A stretch of 64,000 nucleotides of DNA from an uncultured bacterium (GCA_963749495.1 CAVVMW010000007.1:160001-224000); one strand, 5' to 3'. Positions 21,535 to 32,708 are shown, counted from the first letter of the stretch. Notes: generated from the letters alone by a model not told the origin. A program made the numbers and translations.

Positions 21535-22428
21535 CTAAACTGTAGTTTTGAGGGGAGGCCCTGTAAAGTACTTTCCTTGGGGGACAAATTCCAACTCCGG
21601 CCCGCGCGGGAGCAGGCCGCGTTCGAAGGCGCGGCCCAGGAACCGGCCAATGGCCTGGCGCCCGCGCTCCCCGTAATCGAGGGTCCAATGGTTGACGTAC
21701 ATCCCCACGAACCGGTCCGCCAGGTCCCGGCCCATGTCGCGGGCGTACTGCAGGGCGTATTGGACGGCCTGGGCGCGGTGCTCCAGGCCGTAGCGGATGC
21801 TGGCCGCCAGGATGTCCGAGACCTGGCTGCGGACGGCGGGGGCCAGGCGTTTGTGGATGACGTTGCCGCCCAGGGGCAGGGGCAGACCGCCGTTCTGGCG
21901 GCCCCACCACACCCCGAGGTCCTCGCAAACCTGCAGACCCTCGTTCTGCCAGGTCAACTGGCCTTCATGGATGATCAGCCCCACCTCCGCCGCCCCGGAA
22001 CGGACCGCTTGGAAAATGCGGTCGAACGGCACGACCACGTAATCGAATTGGGCGGCGGGCTTGTCCAGCCAGAGCTGCAGGGCCAGGAATGCGCTGGTCA
22101 GCGTGCCCGGCACCGCAATGCGTTTGCGGGCGATCTCGCCCCGCGAAAACTTCCGGCCCGCCACGAGCATCGGCCCATAGCCGTCGCCCATGCTGGCGCC
22201 GGTGGGCAGCAGTGCGTAGTGGCCGCTCACGCCGGGATAGGCGGCAAAGCTAATGGCCGTGATGTCCAGTTCGCCCCGTGTGGCCCGCTCGTTGAGGGTC
22301 TGAATGTCCTGCAGACAGTGCTCGAATTCGAAATCCCCCGCCGGCACCAGCCGGCGAGCCAGCCCGTAAAACATGAAGGCATCGTCCGGGTCCGGCGAGT
22401 GGCCCAGGGTCAAATTCTGGCGCGGCAT
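21535..22428 (-). CDS. mqnD: 1,4-dihydroxy-6-naphthoate synthase (futalosine menaquinone pathway)
   Basis: LGHSPDPDDAFMFY, DIQTLN, GASMGDGYGP, IIHEGQLT, LPLPLGG, FVGMYVN. Confidence 0.9.
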   Translation of the reverse strand: MPRQNLTLGHSPDPDDAFMFYGLARRLVPAGDFEFEHCLQDIQTLNERATRGELDITAISFAAYPGVSGHYALLPTGASMGDGYGPMLVAGRKFSRGEIARKRIAVPGTLTSAFLALQLWLDKPAAQFDYVVVPFDRIFQAVRSGAAEVGLIIHEGQLTWQNEGLQVCEDLGVWWGRQNGGLPLPLGGNVIHKRLAPAVRSQVSDILAASIRYGLEHRAQAVQYALQYARDMGRDLADRFVGMYVNHWTLDYGERGRQAIGRFLGRAFERGLLPRGPELEFVPQGKYFTGPPLKTTV

Positions 22429-22558
22429 GCCCGGCACGGTAGCCATCCCAGGCCCACCGGGCAAGCCGCTTGTGAAGCGCCCGGCGGCAGGGCGGTGTGA
22501 GACAGAATTCTTCTTGGACCTCCAGATCGAAGCTCCCACATCCGATTTGGGTCTTCGA

Positions 22559-22649
22559 TCCTTCGTTTCCTTCGTTTCCTTCTGTTCTTTTCCTGCGTCC
22601 CGCCGGCTGGGCACAGGAACAGAACAGAAGGAAACGAAGGAAACGAAGA
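22559..22649. repeat. inverted 9-mer arrays (TCCTTCGTT)n ... (AACGAAGGA)n
   Basis: tccttcgtttccttcgtttccttctgttct ... agaacagaaggaaacgaaggaaacgaag. Confidence 0.8.
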
Positions 22650-22696
22650 GCGGCCTGATGCGGCGGCATCGATCGGGGCCGTGCCGGTTCGTCAAG

Positions 22697-23250
22697 CTAC
22701 TTCTTGAAGATCCCGGCTGCGCAGATGGCCAATCCGGGGAAGTGAATGGAGTGGAACGTTTCGCCCACGGCGTAGGTTGCGGCGGGCTTTTGGGCGTCGG
22801 CCTGCAGATGATAGACATGGACCAGCCGGGTCTCGGGGTCCACCACCCAAAGCTCCTTCACCCCGGTGCGGGCATAGACCCGCAGCTTCGCCTTCTTGTC
22901 GAGATAGGCATTGCTGGGGGAAAGAATCTCGACGACGAAATCGGGTGTGCCTTCAACGCCGGCATCCGTGAGCACGCCAAAGTTCTCCCGCTTGACGAAG
23001 ACGATGTCCGGCTGGAATACATCGTTCTCGCTCAGATAAACGTCGAACGGGGCGTCGTAAAGCTCGCCCAGCGGGTGCTCCTCCAGGTATTTCAGCAGCA
23101 TGAACTCGATATTCCTCGAATGACCTGGTGGTAACGGTTCGGGGCCGGTGACATGTAGAGTTCTCCTTCGACGAGCTGCCACCGCGGTCCGCTGTCGGGC
23201 AGCAGCCGGTAGTCTTCCTTGGTGAGCATCGGCGCGCTTACATCTGCCAT
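22697..23250 (-). pseudogene. Uma2 (DUF820) family endonuclease, 1-nt frameshift near 23119
   Basis: LTKEDYRLLP..GPRWQLVEGELYMSPAPNRYHQ joined to APFDVYL..VFQPDI..PDFVVEILSPS..KLRVYARTGVKELWVVDP; adding one T restores HQVISRNIEF. Confidence 0.85.
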
Positions 23251-23390
23251 GGCCGGACCTTACACCGGAGCCCAAGGCGGGTCAAGAGCCGCCGCTACAG
23301 CTTCATTGAGGGTCCGGTCGCCCAACCTCGGCACGATTAGCCGTTTGCCGCGCGCGGTACCGCGCCGACAAGCGGGGAGCGTCGGGCGGG

Positions 23391-23621
23391 CTACGGCCCT
23401 TTCGACGAGGAGGCCTCGAGCGGTTCCACCAGTCTGATCTGGGAGGCATTGACAATTCTGAAACGCCCTTGCTCATCGTAAAGAACCACGGTCTGCCCGT
23501 CCGGGCTCACCATCAGGTAGTCGGTATGCGTGACGATGAAAGATTGCTGGTTTCCAAGAACAATCCGAATGGGACGAAAAGGCTCAGCGTGCAGCAGTTC
23601 TCTGATCTCATCCACTATCAT
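23391..23621 (-). CDS. small hypothetical protein
   Basis: MIVDEIRELLHAEPFRPIRIVL...VTHTDYLMV; resembles a recurrent small PVC-group family (recognised by eye). Confidence 0.65.
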   Translation of the reverse strand: MIVDEIRELLHAEPFRPIRIVLGNQQSFIVTHTDYLMVSPDGQTVVLYDEQGRFRIVNASQIRLVEPLEASSSKGP

Positions 23622-23725
23622 GCATCCCATTTTAGCCGGTGCCCCGAGCCACGGCAACCGGATTCGGCAACAAGGGACTTTCGTTCTGTTCAGGAGGCGA
23701 GGGTCTTGCTATTCAGGGAGGCCGA

Positions 23726-23880
23726 ATGAACTACCGCGATTTTGGGCGGCTGGGCTGGAAGGTCTCGGCCCTGGGGTTTTCGCTCCATGATGAATTCGAG
23801 GCCTTCCCGGAGATCCTCGACGGCTGCGAGGATTGGAGGTTCTGCCAGATCCAGTACAACTACCTGGATGCCGAAGGTCC
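23726..23880 (+). pseudogene. aldo/keto reductase remnant with large internal deletion
   Basis: MNYRDFGRLGWKVSALGF fused directly to SLHD...[12 protein letters not shown], normally >100 aa apart. Confidence 0.7.
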
Positions 23881-24933
23881 ATGCCCTGCTCGGAGGCCCA
23901 GGCACTGCGCCGTAGCCTCCACCACCCTGCGCATGTCCTGGGCACAGACCATCAAGCTGGTCACGGCCCGGATGGTGTCGGGACCAACCGCCAGGACGAG
24001 CACGTTTTGGGACTTGAGCCGCTCGGCCAATTGCTGGGCGGGCATAGAGAGGAGTCGAAACCGGACCATGTTCGTCTCGACGGCGGCGGGGTCGGATTCC
24101 AGCCCCTGGAGTCCGGCCAGGCCACAGGCCAGCGCCTTGGCGTGGGCGTGGTCCTCGGCCAGGCGGGCGCGGTGATGGCGCAAGGCAAAGAGCGCGCCGG
24201 CGGCGATGATGCCGGCCTGGCGCATGCCGCCCCCCAGCATCTTGCGGAAGCGCCGGGCGCGCTCGATGAGACTCCTGGACCCAACCAGCGCCGAGCCCAC
24301 CGGCGCCCCCAGCCCTTTGGAAAAACAGACACTGACGGTGTCGAATGGGGCGGCGTAGTCCCGCTCCGCAACGCCCGTGGCCACCGAGGCGTTCCAGAGC
24401 CGGGCGCCATCCAGGTGCATCCGCAGCCCGTGCTTGCGGGCGGCGGCCCCAACCTCCCGGATCTGCTCCAGGGACCAGACCTTGCCGCCGCCGCGGTTGT
24501 GCGTGTTTTCCACGCAAACCAGCCGCGTGCGCGGGAAATGCGGGTCCACGGGGCGCAAAGCCGCCTCGACCGCCGCGGCGCCGAAGATGCCGCGTTCGCC
24601 GTTAAGGCAGCGGCACATGACCCCGGACAGGGCGGCCGGCCCGCCCCCCTCGTAGTAATAGACGTGAGCGTTGGCTTCGACCAGGATCTCGTCGCCCGGC
24701 TCGGTGTGGGTGCGCACGGCCAGTTGGTTGGCCATGGTCCCGGAGGCGGTGTAGAGCGCCGCCTCCTTGCCGAGCAGCGCGGCGGTCTCGGCCTCCAGCG
24801 CCTGGACCGTCGGGTCGTCTCCGAAAACGTCATCGCCCACTTCCGCCTCTGCCATGGCCTGGCGCATTGCCGGCGTGGGTTTGGTCACTGTGTCGCTGCG
24901 CAAATCAATCACTGGCGAAGTCTGGTGCATCAT
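23860..24933 (-). CDS. ltaE: low-specificity L-threonine aldolase
   Basis: [68 protein letters not shown]. Confidence 0.95.
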   Translation of the reverse strand: MMHQTSPVIDLRSDTVTKPTPAMRQAMAEAEVGDDVFGDDPTVQALEAETAALLGKEAALYTASGTMANQLAVRTHTEPGDEILVEANAHVYYYEGGGPAALSGVMCRCLNGERGIFGAAAVEAALRPVDPHFPRTRLVCVENTHNRGGGKVWSLEQIREVGAAARKHGLRMHLDGARLWNASVATGVAERDYAAPFDTVSVCFSKGLGAPVGSALVGSRSLIERARRFRKMLGGGMRQAGIIAAGALFALRHHRARLAEDHAHAKALACGLAGLQGLESDPAAVETNMVRFRLLSMPAQQLAERLKSQNVLVLAVGPDTIRAVTSLMVCAQDMRRVVEATAQCLGLRAGHGPSASR

Positions 24934-24972
24934 GCCCGCAGCATCGCCCAATTCAACCCAAACCGGAAGCGG

Positions 24973-24994
24973 AAACGTGAAACGTTAAACGTGA
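24973..24994. repeat. heptamer array (AAACGTG)3
   Basis: aaacgtg aaacgtt aaacgtg; inverted counterpart (TTTCACG)n at 33067-33144. Confidence 0.65.
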
Positions 24995-25689
24995 AGCGCC
25001 GCGGCTCGTCTCGTGGCATCGGCTATCGGCTATCCAGCCTTCACAATATTATCTTGTATTCTCCGTATTGCGCGAAGAATTCCTGTAAGATGCTTCGTTG
25101 CAATATATTACGCTGGCGAACCGCGCCGTCTGGTGCCGGGAAAACGGTCGGTGACGGCCAGGGGAACGCCAATTCCAGCTCCCGGATCGTTCAGCGGCTG
25201 AGGATTTTTCGGCGGGCAGGCAGGGCCAGGAAATGGGGACACCCTGGGCGCGGTCTGTGACTGACCAGCGCCTCCGGCTGCCATGGTCACCAGTCTCCGC
25301 TGGGGGCAGTAGCGAAGCCGCCGGCCAAATCCACCGCACCGGTCCTGCGGGGCGGTTCTGCGAACTCCCGCCCAACACCGCCATGGGTCAACGGGGCACC
25401 GGTTTCGTAAACCTAAAACGACCCCCATCCGACTCCCCCGGAAAACGGGCGTACTCCGGCTTGAACCCTGCAAAATAAGGGGAAAATCGATGCCCGCCTG
25501 CCAGCGAGAGCCCCTAAAAGACGGGTCCATCCGGGGTTCCACAAGGCCATTTTTGGCCTTACGGGGTTCAACAAAGGGATCAACATTTCCAGCCACTGGC
25601 CGTCGCGGTGCCGACATTTCTCCGTCGCGGCTTGGCGGCGGTCTGGAAAATCGTTGCCAGGGGCAAAGTGCGGTTCCTGCTGCGTCCGG

Positions 25690-26343
25690 TTAGCAGGTGA
25701 AGGGGCGGCCAGGTTCACTGCCTCTGACGTCCAGCCATGCCCGGAGAGCGCCCTGGGTGACTTCCGGGACGCTCAAAACCTGTTTCGATGTTTTCCATTT
25801 CCCCCTGACCGCCAGGGTCGGCTGGGCGATGTCAACGTCCTCGACATCCAGTGACACGACCTCCCCGCATCGGAGCGCCAGGTCGTAAAGCAGGCGCAAT
25901 GCGCAGCGGTCCCGGACGGCTTTAGGGGTCCATTTGCCGCGCAGTTCATCCAGCAAGTGCCGGAACCCCTGTTTCCCTCGCCCCCGCGTGTCCCGGAATG
26001 GCATGGATTTGACGTTGCGGACCTCCAAGGGCCAAGGGACCAGCCCCATAATCCGGGCGAGTTGGACCAGTGACCTCAGCGCCGCCAACCGGCGATTGAC
26101 CCTGGCGGATTGCAACCCCCGTTCGACCAGGTTGGTCTTGTAGGCCAGGGCCGTGGCGTTGGCGGGGCCGTGGCCGTTGGAGAGTAGCACCTTGGCTGCT
26201 TCATCCACCGTGGAAGCCCCCATGAAAGCCTGGAAATCGGCCAAGTCCTGGGAGTAGGCTTTGACGGTGCGCTCGTTCCGGCCTGAGAGGAAGGCATGGA
26301 CCAGATCAGTTTCCGTGATGGTGCCGCCCCTGGCAGGGGGCAT
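25690..26343 (-). pseudogene. tyrosine recombinase/integrase, C-terminally truncated
   Basis: RTVKAYSQDL, VNRRLAALRSL, RDRCALRLLYDLALRCGEV, LAVRGK; stops before HxxR and the catalytic Tyr. Confidence 0.8.
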
Positions 26344-26469
26344 TCTGCTGACCGGACTCAGAGCGAGTTGCAAATTCACGGTCCATATTACGGGCCGGGA
26401 ATGGGTTTGGAAACCGTTTTTGTAAACAGTCTTAATCAAACCACCGTCGCTGGGCCTTGGCAAACCCTC

Positions 26470-26928
26470 TTAGTAACCTTCCACAAACCCTTTGATCCAT
26501 TGCTCGCGGGCTTCACCCTGCAAATTCCCTGGGCATCTTGACTCTGCGAGCCCGTAGGCTGATTCACTTGTATGCGTTTGCACCGAGTGGGTTCGACGAC
26601 CATAATCTTGCGCGATTTTGTGAAATGCTTCTCCCTCTGCTTTACCAGCTTTGAAGTTTGGCTCATCCGGAATCAACGCCCCGATAATGGCCAAAACAAT
26701 GATGACGATGATGGTGATGCCCAAGCAACCGCCGCACCCTTTACCTGCACCGACGGCTGGTGCGCGTGAGGCTGCCGGAGCACTCTGCGCGGCGCTCCGC
26801 TGCGGTGGCAAAGGGCTCGAAGGCTGCGTCTCCTTTCTGAAACTCGGCAGTGGAAAGCCGCAGTGAGGACACGTCTTCGCTGCGGTGGAGACCTCCTTTG
26901 TGCACTCTGGACAATTAGTAAGCGCCAC
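26470..26928 (-). CDS. zinc-ribbon membrane protein
   Basis: ALTNCPECTKEVSTAAKTCPHCGFP zinc ribbon, single TM helix (GCLGITIIVIIVLAIIGALI). Confidence 0.75.
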   Translation of the reverse strand: MALTNCPECTKEVSTAAKTCPHCGFPLPSFRKETQPSSPLPPQRSAAQSAPAASRAPAVGAGKGCGGCLGITIIVIIVLAIIGALIPDEPNFKAGKAEGEAFHKIAQDYGRRTHSVQTHTSESAYGLAESRCPGNLQGEAREQWIKGFVEGY

Positions 26929-26939
26929 GCTCAATCTCC

Positions 26940-27416
26940 TCAATGACGGTCCATCCGAAGGCTGTCCGCCGCCACGAAGGCGGTTTTCCTCGAGGACGGA
27001 CCTTCCAGTATTTCAACTTGGGCCACAAAGGCATAGTTCTTCTCGCCCGCGACGGCCTCTAATCGGGTAAGGGCCGCCTTGTAAACATCGTAGTAAGCAA
27101 TCACCTTGACCGTCGTGTTCTGAGGAATTTTGAAGAGTTTCCCCTCGGATTCGAACTTTCCATCGATCTCATGAAGTTGCTGTTTACTTGGTCCGGCGAT
27201 CCCGAATTTCTTGTATTGGGCCAAGTAATCCTCAAAAGCGAATTGGTCGCGCAGGACAAGAATGTCGGACCCAGAGGCATCAAAGCAGTAAGCCTTGTCC
27301 CCGACTGCTGGCAGTTGGCGCCCCCTGGCATCGACGATTTCTGGACCACGGGAGCACGCTACCAAAATGAAGGCGCTGATGAAAACGACCGACTTGGCTC
27401 CTACCACAATTGTCAC
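26940..27416 (-). CDS. hypothetical lipoprotein
   Basis: Lipobox-like FILVAC; closely packed with its neighbours; start uncertain. Confidence 0.6.
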   Translation of the reverse strand: MTIVVGAKSVVFISAFILVACSRGPEIVDARGRQLPAVGDKAYCFDASGSDILVLRDQFAFEDYLAQYKKFGIAGPSKQQLHEIDGKFESEGKLFKIPQNTTVKVIAYYDVYKAALTRLEAVAGEKNYAFVAQVEILEGPSSRKTAFVAADSLRMDRH

Positions 27417-27421
27417 ATTCG

Positions 27422-27820
27422 TTAACGTTGCGTATTTCGGAAATACCATGTGTTTCCTTTCTTCACGAGACTCACAGACCCGTCGAAACTTCTCAGTGTG
27501 CCATTAGAGGCGCGTGGGTCTGAATACCATCGCGAGCGCTGCCCGCCACTCTCCGATATGGTCGTCTCGACACCAGTGGTTACGCACTTCGCCTCATAAT
27601 CATAGACAAAGGTATCCTCGCCTCTGGAATGCTCGACGTATTTGTTCGTGATTTTGTAGCTCTGAAAAAGCGGATTGCTACCACCACCGCCGATGGTCTG
27701 CCTGAGCTGCCAGTCCACCGCCTGGCTGATGACATTGGGTGGAGGACTACCAGAACAACCAGACAGTAGGACCAGCGCCATAAGGGCTGTCACCGCAAGG
27801 GGGATTCTTCGGGTTTTCAT
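27422..27820 (-). CDS. hypothetical lipoprotein
   Basis: MKTRR + hydrophobic stretch + LSGC lipobox. Confidence 0.7.
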   Translation of the reverse strand: MKTRRIPLAVTALMALVLLSGCSGSPPPNVISQAVDWQLRQTIGGGGSNPLFQSYKITNKYVEHSRGEDTFVYDYEAKCVTTGVETTISESGGQRSRWYSDPRASNGTLRSFDGSVSLVKKGNTWYFRNTQR

Positions 27821-27849
27821 AGGGATGCGCTACGGCCTGAGTGTGGACT

Positions 27850-30549
27850 TCACTTATTCGCTGGGGCAGACTTGAGAATGGAGAGCACATCCGGGTCTTT
27901 GGCGAGATCAATGGCGGTCTTCCCGAAGCGGTTTGTTTTACTCGGGTCGGCGCCTTTTTCGATTAGGAGTTTCACGACTTTTGGGTAGCCACGCTGCGCG
28001 GCGAGCATGAGCGGAGTGCTGCCGACAGCGTCAGTAGCATTGATATCGCCGCCGTCTTCCAAGTAACGAGTTGTGGTCTCAACATTGCCTAAGCGCGCGG
28101 CATTCAAAAGCATTACGTTTTTGACTTTTTGGTCGGCGAGCGATTGGGCCTTGTGGAGGTCTGCGAGGATTTCGCCAACGCGATCAGCAGTCTGGTTAGG
28201 CGACGGTGTGTTGGGGTTGTTTTTCTGGTCATGGCTGGTGCCGCTGTCGGCGGGGGCTTGTGCCTTTGGAGCGCTCTCGATCATTGCGGCGATTTCCGGG
28301 GACTGCTCCCGGAGTCGGGAGTCGTCAGAGACTCCGGTTCCCCACTTATCCTTGATCGTGGGGTTAGCTCCTGCTTGGAGGAGCAGGGCGACCATTTCCT
28401 TATTGGCGTTGCGCGCGGCGATGATGAGCGGCGTCTCCCCATCTTCGTTTTGGAGGTTAATGGGGGCGCCTTTCTCGATGAGGAGCTTCGCCAAGTCTGG
28501 CTTCTTCTGGTGTGAAGCGATGTGCAGCGCCGTGTTTGCGAGCCGATTCGTAAGGGCAACCTTCGCGCCGTGGGCCAGCAGGAAGGCGGCCATCTCCTGC
28601 TTTTCGTCCTGAACTGCGAGCATCAGCGGGGTGTTATTCTGCTGGCCAGGGAGATCAATGTTTGCCTTGCCATCGACCAATGCTTTTACCGCCTCAAGGT
28701 GCCCGTTGATGGCTGCCAGGTGTAGAGCAGTATCTCCGCCAGGTGTTGCAGCATCCACGGCCGCATGAGCGGTTACGAGTTCTTTGACTGCTTCGGCCTT
28801 GCCGTTGGCCGCCGCAAACATGAGCGGGGTTGTCTCCTCCATGCTTGAAACCCGGTTGACGCCGGCGTGAGCTGCTATCAAGGCGCGGATGATTTGGGGA
28901 TAGCCACCCGCGGCCGCGACCATAAGCGGCGTTGTGCCTTCGGCACTTCGAGCATCAACCACTGCACCCCCGGTGATCGCGTCTTGCACTAATTGGCGGT
29001 TGCCTTCCGCGCAAGCGCTGAGCAACCGCTTTTCCAGATCAAAAGTGCGCCGTAGCGTTTCTGCCTGGTCCTCCTCTGGTCTGCCTTGGGTGGCTGCCTG
29101 CCACACCTTGGTGACTTCCCCGTAAATGTCTTCGCTTCTCTGGTAACGGTCTTTGCGGATGACAAAGGTTACTCTGACTGGCAACATGGAGCCGCCGGAG
29201 GATTCGGCTTTCACGAGCGCATCCTTCAACGCTTGTGCATCTGATTTTCGCCAGTAAAGGTTGGCCTCGACGCCGTTTGAATCGAGGAGTCGGAAGGCGT
29301 AGTGTGTCTGCCTGGTGTTGCTTCTGCTATCCGAGTAGCCGTAATTGAAATATGTGGAGAGCGAAATCTGTCCTTCGGCTGTAACTTCTTTATCGAGGTA
29401 TTTTTCCTGATTCAGTTGAATTTCACGAAGATTTACTGTGCAGCCGCCGGTCTTTGCCCTGAGGGTGGCCGCAGTTTTGAGCAGTTCAGCGTCCTTGGCG
29501 TGGTGGTTCGCGAGAGCAAGATCCAGCGGCGTATGCCCGGCGGCATCCTTGAAATTCGGATCGGCACCACTGGCCAGGAGGGTCCGGGTGATGGCAGTGT
29601 TGCCGGATTCAGCGGCGAGCATAAGGGCTGTTTTCCCAGATGCGTCGGTAATGTTGATGTCAAATCCGGGATACAAAAATCGGCGTGCTGTTTCAAAATC
29701 GCCATTCTTTGCGGCGATGAAGAATGGGGCGTAATGTCCCCTAGCCGAGGCGGGAACGACCAGGTCCGCTCGCAGAATCTCGGCGTAGATATCGTCGGTA
29801 CGCTCATAGCGCTCATTGAGAATGACGAAGGTAACCTTGGCCGTGAGTCTCCGAGCCCCGGTGGACTCTGCATTGAGGAGGGCGTCTTTGAGTGGCTGGG
29901 CTTCGGACTTCTTCCAATAGAGGTAGGCTTCCACGCCGTTTGCTTCCAGCCGGAATGCGTAGTGTGTCTGCCTGGTGTTGCTTCTGCTATCCGAATAGCC
30001 GTAATTGAAATATGTGGACAGGGACAGAGCCCCCTCGACTGTGACTTCTTTGCCGATGTATTTCTCTTGGTTTAGCTGGAGTTCACGAAGGTTGATGCCG
30101 GTTTGAGCGCCATTCGATATCTCTGTGTGCTGGGCTGACCCCTGGGGAGAAGTGTCCTGCTCCGTTTCGATGGTGACCTTCAGCCCTTCGATGTAGTAGG
30201 TGTTTTGCGCGTCGGCATACCGCCTGAGGACGCCCGTTGTGGTAACAGGGGTGTGGGAGAAATCTTTCTCAGCGAGGATCGCGGCCTTCTCGGCCTTGGT
30301 CAGGCCGTCATAGAGGATTTCAATGGAGTTGTCGGCCTGCCTGATGCTGAAGCTCTTGCGCTCATTGTGCTTGAACTCGAACGTGCCCTTCATTGTTACC
30401 GTTTTGTCGAGATAGTTCTCTGGACTCAAGAGGATTTGGTTGTAAGAAATCTCGGCGGCGGCGGTTGGCTGTGCCCAACAGCTAAGTTGCAACAGGACAA
30501 TCAGGATTGCTGGTAAGGCTTGGTGGCCTGTTCTTGTTGGGTGGATCAA
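27850..30549 (-). CDS. secreted ankyrin-repeat protein with three OB-fold-like modules
   Basis: Many GxTPLM/H.AA..G ankyrin repeats; modules NPENYLDKTVT-like / NQEKYIGKEVTVEG / NQEKYLDKEVTAEG; TTG 30549 gives a signal-like N-terminus. Confidence 0.85.
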   Translation of the reverse strand: MIHPTRTGHQALPAILIVLLQLSCWAQPTAAAEISYNQILLSPENYLDKTVTMKGTFEFKHNERKSFSIRQADNSIEILYDGLTKAEKAAILAEKDFSHTPVTTTGVLRRYADAQNTYYIEGLKVTIETEQDTSPQGSAQHTEISNGAQTGINLRELQLNQEKYIGKEVTVEGALSLSTYFNYGYSDSRSNTRQTHYAFRLEANGVEAYLYWKKSEAQPLKDALLNAESTGARRLTAKVTFVILNERYERTDDIYAEILRADLVVPASARGHYAPFFIAAKNGDFETARRFLYPGFDINITDASGKTALMLAAESGNTAITRTLLASGADPNFKDAAGHTPLDLALANHHAKDAELLKTAATLRAKTGGCTVNLREIQLNQEKYLDKEVTAEGQISLSTYFNYGYSDSRSNTRQTHYAFRLLDSNGVEANLYWRKSDAQALKDALVKAESSGGSMLPVRVTFVIRKDRYQRSEDIYGEVTKVWQAATQGRPEEDQAETLRRTFDLEKRLLSACAEGNRQLVQDAITGGAVVDARSAEGTTPLMVAAAGGYPQIIRALIAAHAGVNRVSSMEETTPLMFAAANGKAEAVKELVTAHAAVDAATPGGDTALHLAAINGHLEAVKALVDGKANIDLPGQQNNTPLMLAVQDEKQEMAAFLLAHGAKVALTNRLANTALHIASHQKKPDLAKLLIEKGAPINLQNEDGETPLIIAARNANKEMVALLLQAGANPTIKDKWGTGVSDDSRLREQSPEIAAMIESAPKAQAPADSGTSHDQKNNPNTPSPNQTADRVGEILADLHKAQSLADQKVKNVMLLNAARLGNVETTTRYLEDGGDINATDAVGSTPLMLAAQRGYPKVVKLLIEKGADPSKTNRFGKTAIDLAKDPDVLSILKSAPANK

Positions 30550-30814
30550 AATGTGCTTGCGCGCCCGCGCCTTTTTACCGCCATAGGGTTTAATGGGCTC
30601 TGAACGCGGCTTTGCTTGGCTCTCCCGCAGCCACGGCCCAAGGCAGCCAGGCTTACAAAGACCCCCAGAGGAATACGCGAATGCTTGGGCAGTTTTCATA
30701 AAAGTGTGGCGCCGTTCGTCGGGCCTATGGATAAATCCAACGCTCGCTTTCTGTCAACGCAAATAATCCGCAAATATTCCGCATACGGAATGGCACCTTC
30801 TGCATGATGCCGGT

Positions 30815-31048
30815 GTGCCGAGCCGATTTGACAGGCAGTTCGCCGCTTTCCTGCGGAAAAAGCAGGGTGGCACGACTTATGCGCGGTTTGCGAGGAAACT
30901 GGGCATTTCGGCATCTTCCCTCCATCGGCTTCAAAACCTAGAACAAAGCGCCACGCTCCAAAGGGTGGACCAGATGCTGTGCCGGCTGAAATGCCGACTG
31001 CGCGATGTTTTTCCGGATGACGCCGGACCGGGGCGCAGGGAATTGTAA
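30815..31048 (+). CDS. XRE-family helix-turn-helix regulator
   Basis: TYARFARKLGISASSLHRLQNLEQSATL; divergent from the ankyrin operon. Confidence 0.75.
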   Translation: MPSRFDRQFAAFLRKKQGGTTYARFARKLGISASSLHRLQNLEQSATLQRVDQMLCRLKCRLRDVFPDDAGPGRREL

Positions 31049-31161
31049 GGGTTTGGAGAAACCGTCCATGGTATAGGGGACAAGGAGCTTGACGAGCCAA
31101 CTCTCCGGGTCGGCAGGTCAGTCGCCGCCCGGGTGTCGGCTGGTTCTCCTGGAGCGAGCCG

Positions 31162-32110
31162 TCAGTCACCGGCGCCGAGAATCGCGTCCAGTTTGTCTTG
31201 CAACGCTTCAATTCTCTGCTTGAGGTCGGCTGCTCTGCGGAGTCGCTTTGCAGACAAGCCAATAGCGTGTGTCCATGGCGCGGCTTCATTTTTGGCTATA
31301 ATGGCACAAATCTTATGGATTGCCTCGCACTTCAGGCCCGCAGGTTGTCCTTTCCCCCCTCCGAAGTACGGGAAGCACTTCGTGACAATCAAACGGGACC
31401 GTTGAGGGCCGATGGCATGCGCGCCGTCGAAGATCCACCAATTCGGGGTCCGATTGTGATGCTCCTCAAAATAACGGCGCACTTTTTCTTGGAGTTGGGG
31501 CGACGCGATTGCTGGGGCTACCGGGCCATCCTCGCACAGAAGGTCAAAAACCTTGAGCGGGACAAAGACGATCCGTGCGGTGCTAAGCCAGAGCCTCAAC
31601 TTCTGACGATGTCGCCTCTGCTCAGCAGGGAATTTCCGGTGCAGGTCTGGTTGCACGAACGGACCTATCGGCTCTCCTCGGAAAAGCCGCAAAAACTGCG
31701 CCTTTCGGATTTCTCGTGTGTTTCCAGTTGTCGGCCAGCACAGCAACTCGACAAAAGCGCACTTCCGATGAACATCCGGAAAACCGCGCTCGGCTAGGCA
31801 ACGAAACAGCGGGGCGAAAGTTTCGTTGTGAAATTTCCAGCCGGGGCCTTTCCGGCGAGGCGCTGGACGAGGCCAGATTGCCAGGCAGGCGGGATGGTGG
31901 ACGTGATTCACCAAATGCGGATCGAACGGACTCCCAGTTCTGGTTTCCGTTCAGATAACCAGTCAAAAGAGGCCAGATGGGATGATGCACGTTGAAACCC
32001 GGGGGGAAGTTCGCATCCTTGCCCAAAAAGATGTATTTTGCTCCGCAAGGGTCGGTGCCTTGATAACCGGAGAAGTGGTCCTTTAGGGGTCTGTGAATCT
32101 TATAGGGCAT
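31162..32110 (-). pseudogene. hypothetical protein, frameshifted near 31930, with fused coiled-coil tail
   Basis: YQGTDP..AKYIFLGKDAN in ORF 31622..32146 continues as VHHP..FVELL..PTTG in ORF 31162..31914. Confidence 0.5.
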
Positions 32111-32708
32111 GCCTCGATTAGGAGCAGACATGAGTGACGAAGTCAACCTTGATTTTAGGCTAGAGCCAACCCCACGGCACTTAGGGAGAGGTGGCCCGCG
32201 GGCGGCCCGGGCGCCACAGCCTCGGCGTCGAGGGCCTGGTCACGAGCCGGCGGGGCATCGGCGTTGAGGCGGGCAGGCAGACCGCCAGGGCGCCACTGTC
32301 GAGCCGGGCCAGCAGGCGGCCAGCGTGCTCGCCAGGGCTTTGGCATTGGGCCGGTGGCGACCAGCAGGTCGCCAAGCCGCCATGGGCCTCGCCGTCGAGG
32401 CGGTGGAGGTCGCCCGGCGATGTCAGTCCAGGGTCGGCCAGGGTGGCCGCCCTGATGTCGAACCGGAGGCGCAGGCGGCCAGGATGGTCGCCAGTGCGGA
32501 CAGGCCAAGGCTGCTCTCCCGAATTGAACCGGCACGGGGCCGGCATCGAGGCGGCAGTCGCCAGCAGAGCGCCCGGCCGTGGTCAGCAGCGGGTCGCAGG
32601 GCCGGCATGGCCTCGGTGTCGAGGGTCTGGTCACCAGTCGGCGGAGCATGGAAGGGGTCAGCCATAGCTTGGGACGGCTGGAACCGCGGCCGTCACCCGT
32701 CCGGATTC

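Noticed and set aside
29300..30090. DGR template/variable repeat pair in the ankyrin gene
   Set aside because: Both copies are in-frame coding modules, differences are not adenine-specific, and no reverse transcriptase is present
32155..32670. GC-rich overlapping ORFs with a ~45-bp imperfect direct repeat (about 32215 and 32608)
   Set aside because: No recognisable protein in any frame; likely decayed island DNA
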